Source: Amphiscolops sp. MND2022
Lineage: Eukaryota
DNA: 64,000 bases
Direction of reading: 5' to 3'
Assembly: GCA_964187785.1 (NCBI GenBank)
Contig: OZ076412.1
Span: 12,462,001-12,526,000 of the forward strand
Translations under genes and position numbers: made by a program
The notes under the pieces: generated by a model
Database searches by the model: none
The model's input: only the letters and a program-made list of their open reading frames with translations
Told to the model about the DNA's origin: nothing
In this document: in pieces, positions 62,701 through 64,000 of the stretch
Layout of the letters: every line of letters begins with the position of its first letter
How positions within the stretch are numbered: position 1 is the stretch's first letter

Positions 62701-62793
62701 CTGTTACAGTTACACAGGTTAATGACATTATATAGCCCAAGAATCCATTATCAGAAAAGAAAAAAGAAAAGTTCATTTTAGTGGATAGTACTA

Positions 62794-63510
62794 CAGTAGT
62801 GATATTTCTAAAAGCAACAAAAGGCAAATCTCAAAATCGAATATCTCTCAAACAGCAGCGATTCTCGAAAAATGATAAGAGTCAAAGTTTCTTAGATTTT
62901 TATCTAGTTTACAAATATGTTTATTTGAAGGTTACGCGATGAAAATTGTAGAAGTTACGATACGCCATTTTTAACCAAATTTAGATCAAAATTGAGGTTT
63001 TTCTCACTTTGGACCATGCCATCTATGGCAAAAATTCACGCTTGGAATAGTATAAAAAGGCCCCTATTTCAAAGCAAATTTTCTCCGTGATAAAATCTAA
63101 TGAGCAACTTTTAACTGACAGTCAATGTAATGGATAGGATTATGTCGACATTAATGGTTTTATTGGATTAATATTCTAACGCAAACGATGTCGACATAAT
63201 GGTATTTGAACCTTGTGTCTTATAACCCCCCCCCCCCCGCCGCAGTTTGGGGGGAAATAGATGACATGGTCCCTCACTTTTAGTCAACTTTTGCTTGAAA
63301 TTTTAGAGAAATTTTATGTGCAGTCGACTCCCCTGATTAAACTGAAGCCCTTGATATGTGTTGATTTAGAAATCATCGTAAAATGGTAGCAAAAATAAAC
63401 TAAATTTAGACTTTTTCGAAAAAACATGTATTAAGATACGATTTCGAAGTTTAACATCTTAAATCAAGCTCTTGACCTTGATCAGCCAATTATATTTGCT
63501 TATTTGCTTT
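62794..63510. repeat. Interrupted second copy of the 23970-24635 MITE
   Basis: TA|CAGTAGTGATATTTCTAAAAGCAAC start and collinear similarity to the first copy; right end lost at the microsatellite. Confidence 0.7.
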
Positions 63511-63511
63511 T

Positions 63512-63533
63512 TAGTAGTAGTAGTAGTAGTAGT
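63512..63533 (+). repeat. (TAG)7 microsatellite
   Basis: Seen directly in the sequence. Confidence 0.9.
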
Positions 63534-64000
63534 GGCATTTTTGAGACCAGTAAACCGGCAGTTTTCTATAGGCGATTTTATAAGCTGTAACTTTTGTAAC
63601 TTTTTTGTGCTGGCAGAAAATAAAAAGGAGGCCAAAAGGTTCGTGTTTTTTTGTCACTATGCCACTGCTTTTCAGTGAAGGATATTGAACCGAAATGCCA
63701 CCCTTTGATTTTCAGAAAAGAAAATATATTTTTCGCTACCACAGAGCTCCCCTAAGAGCTTTTAGGGTACTCTTCGAGTTATCGAAGAATTTTTTCGAAA
63801 TAAAAGTGGAGATTTTTGGAGAAACACGTTTTACCCAAATTTTTTGCAAGGTTTTTTTTGGAATTTCTATTCAGAAACATTGCTTTCCGAGTTTCTTTGG
63901 TCCCCTCTGGATATTTTTGGTCACGTGAGATTGATGAGAGTTCATTCACTAATTGCTAAAAAGACATAATTTTTTCGATCCCCTGCGTCAATTCGAGAAA

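Noticed and set aside
62216-62827. 203-aa ORF as one gene
   Set aside because: Chimeric: it starts in a MITE end, passes through the 192-nt TTC29 exon and continues into intronic repeat sequence.

Overview
This is AT-rich, transposon-dense animal genomic DNA, not prokaryotic; most short ORFs in the supplied track are noise or fragments. Host genes: the last two exons of a calcium-channel alpha2-delta (CACNA2D-like) gene (+, 28397-29791), three exons of a TTC29-like gene (-; 62509-62700, 61184-61518, 37001-37147, with a ~24 kb final intron), and possible sulfotransferase exon remnants. Two full-length, TSD-flanked Ty3/Gypsy LTR elements dominate the window. Element B (2775-20467, 17.7 kb, 427-bp LTRs, CATA TSD) has a very long gag-pol, a chuvirus/herpes-gB-like class III fusion glycoprotein and several unknown accessory ORFs, resembling a complex endogenous retrovirus. 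Element C (38861-53959, 15.1 kb, ~1.28-kb LTRs, CTGCT TSD) starts gag inside the LTR and has six ACGACY-N9-AGTCGW palindromes per LTR. It also carries, antisense between pol and the 3' LTR, a decayed five-intron gene of ~1,146 codons with a BED-type zinc finger and hAT-transposase-like motifs; this is the top candidate for an undescribed system. Also present: an internally deleted LTR element (1311-1924), a near-intact CR1/L2-group LINE (55926-~60000), a decayed LINE (30571-33560) and several MITE/Helentron-like repeats. All alignments, counts and family assignments were made by eye or from memory; no searches were run.
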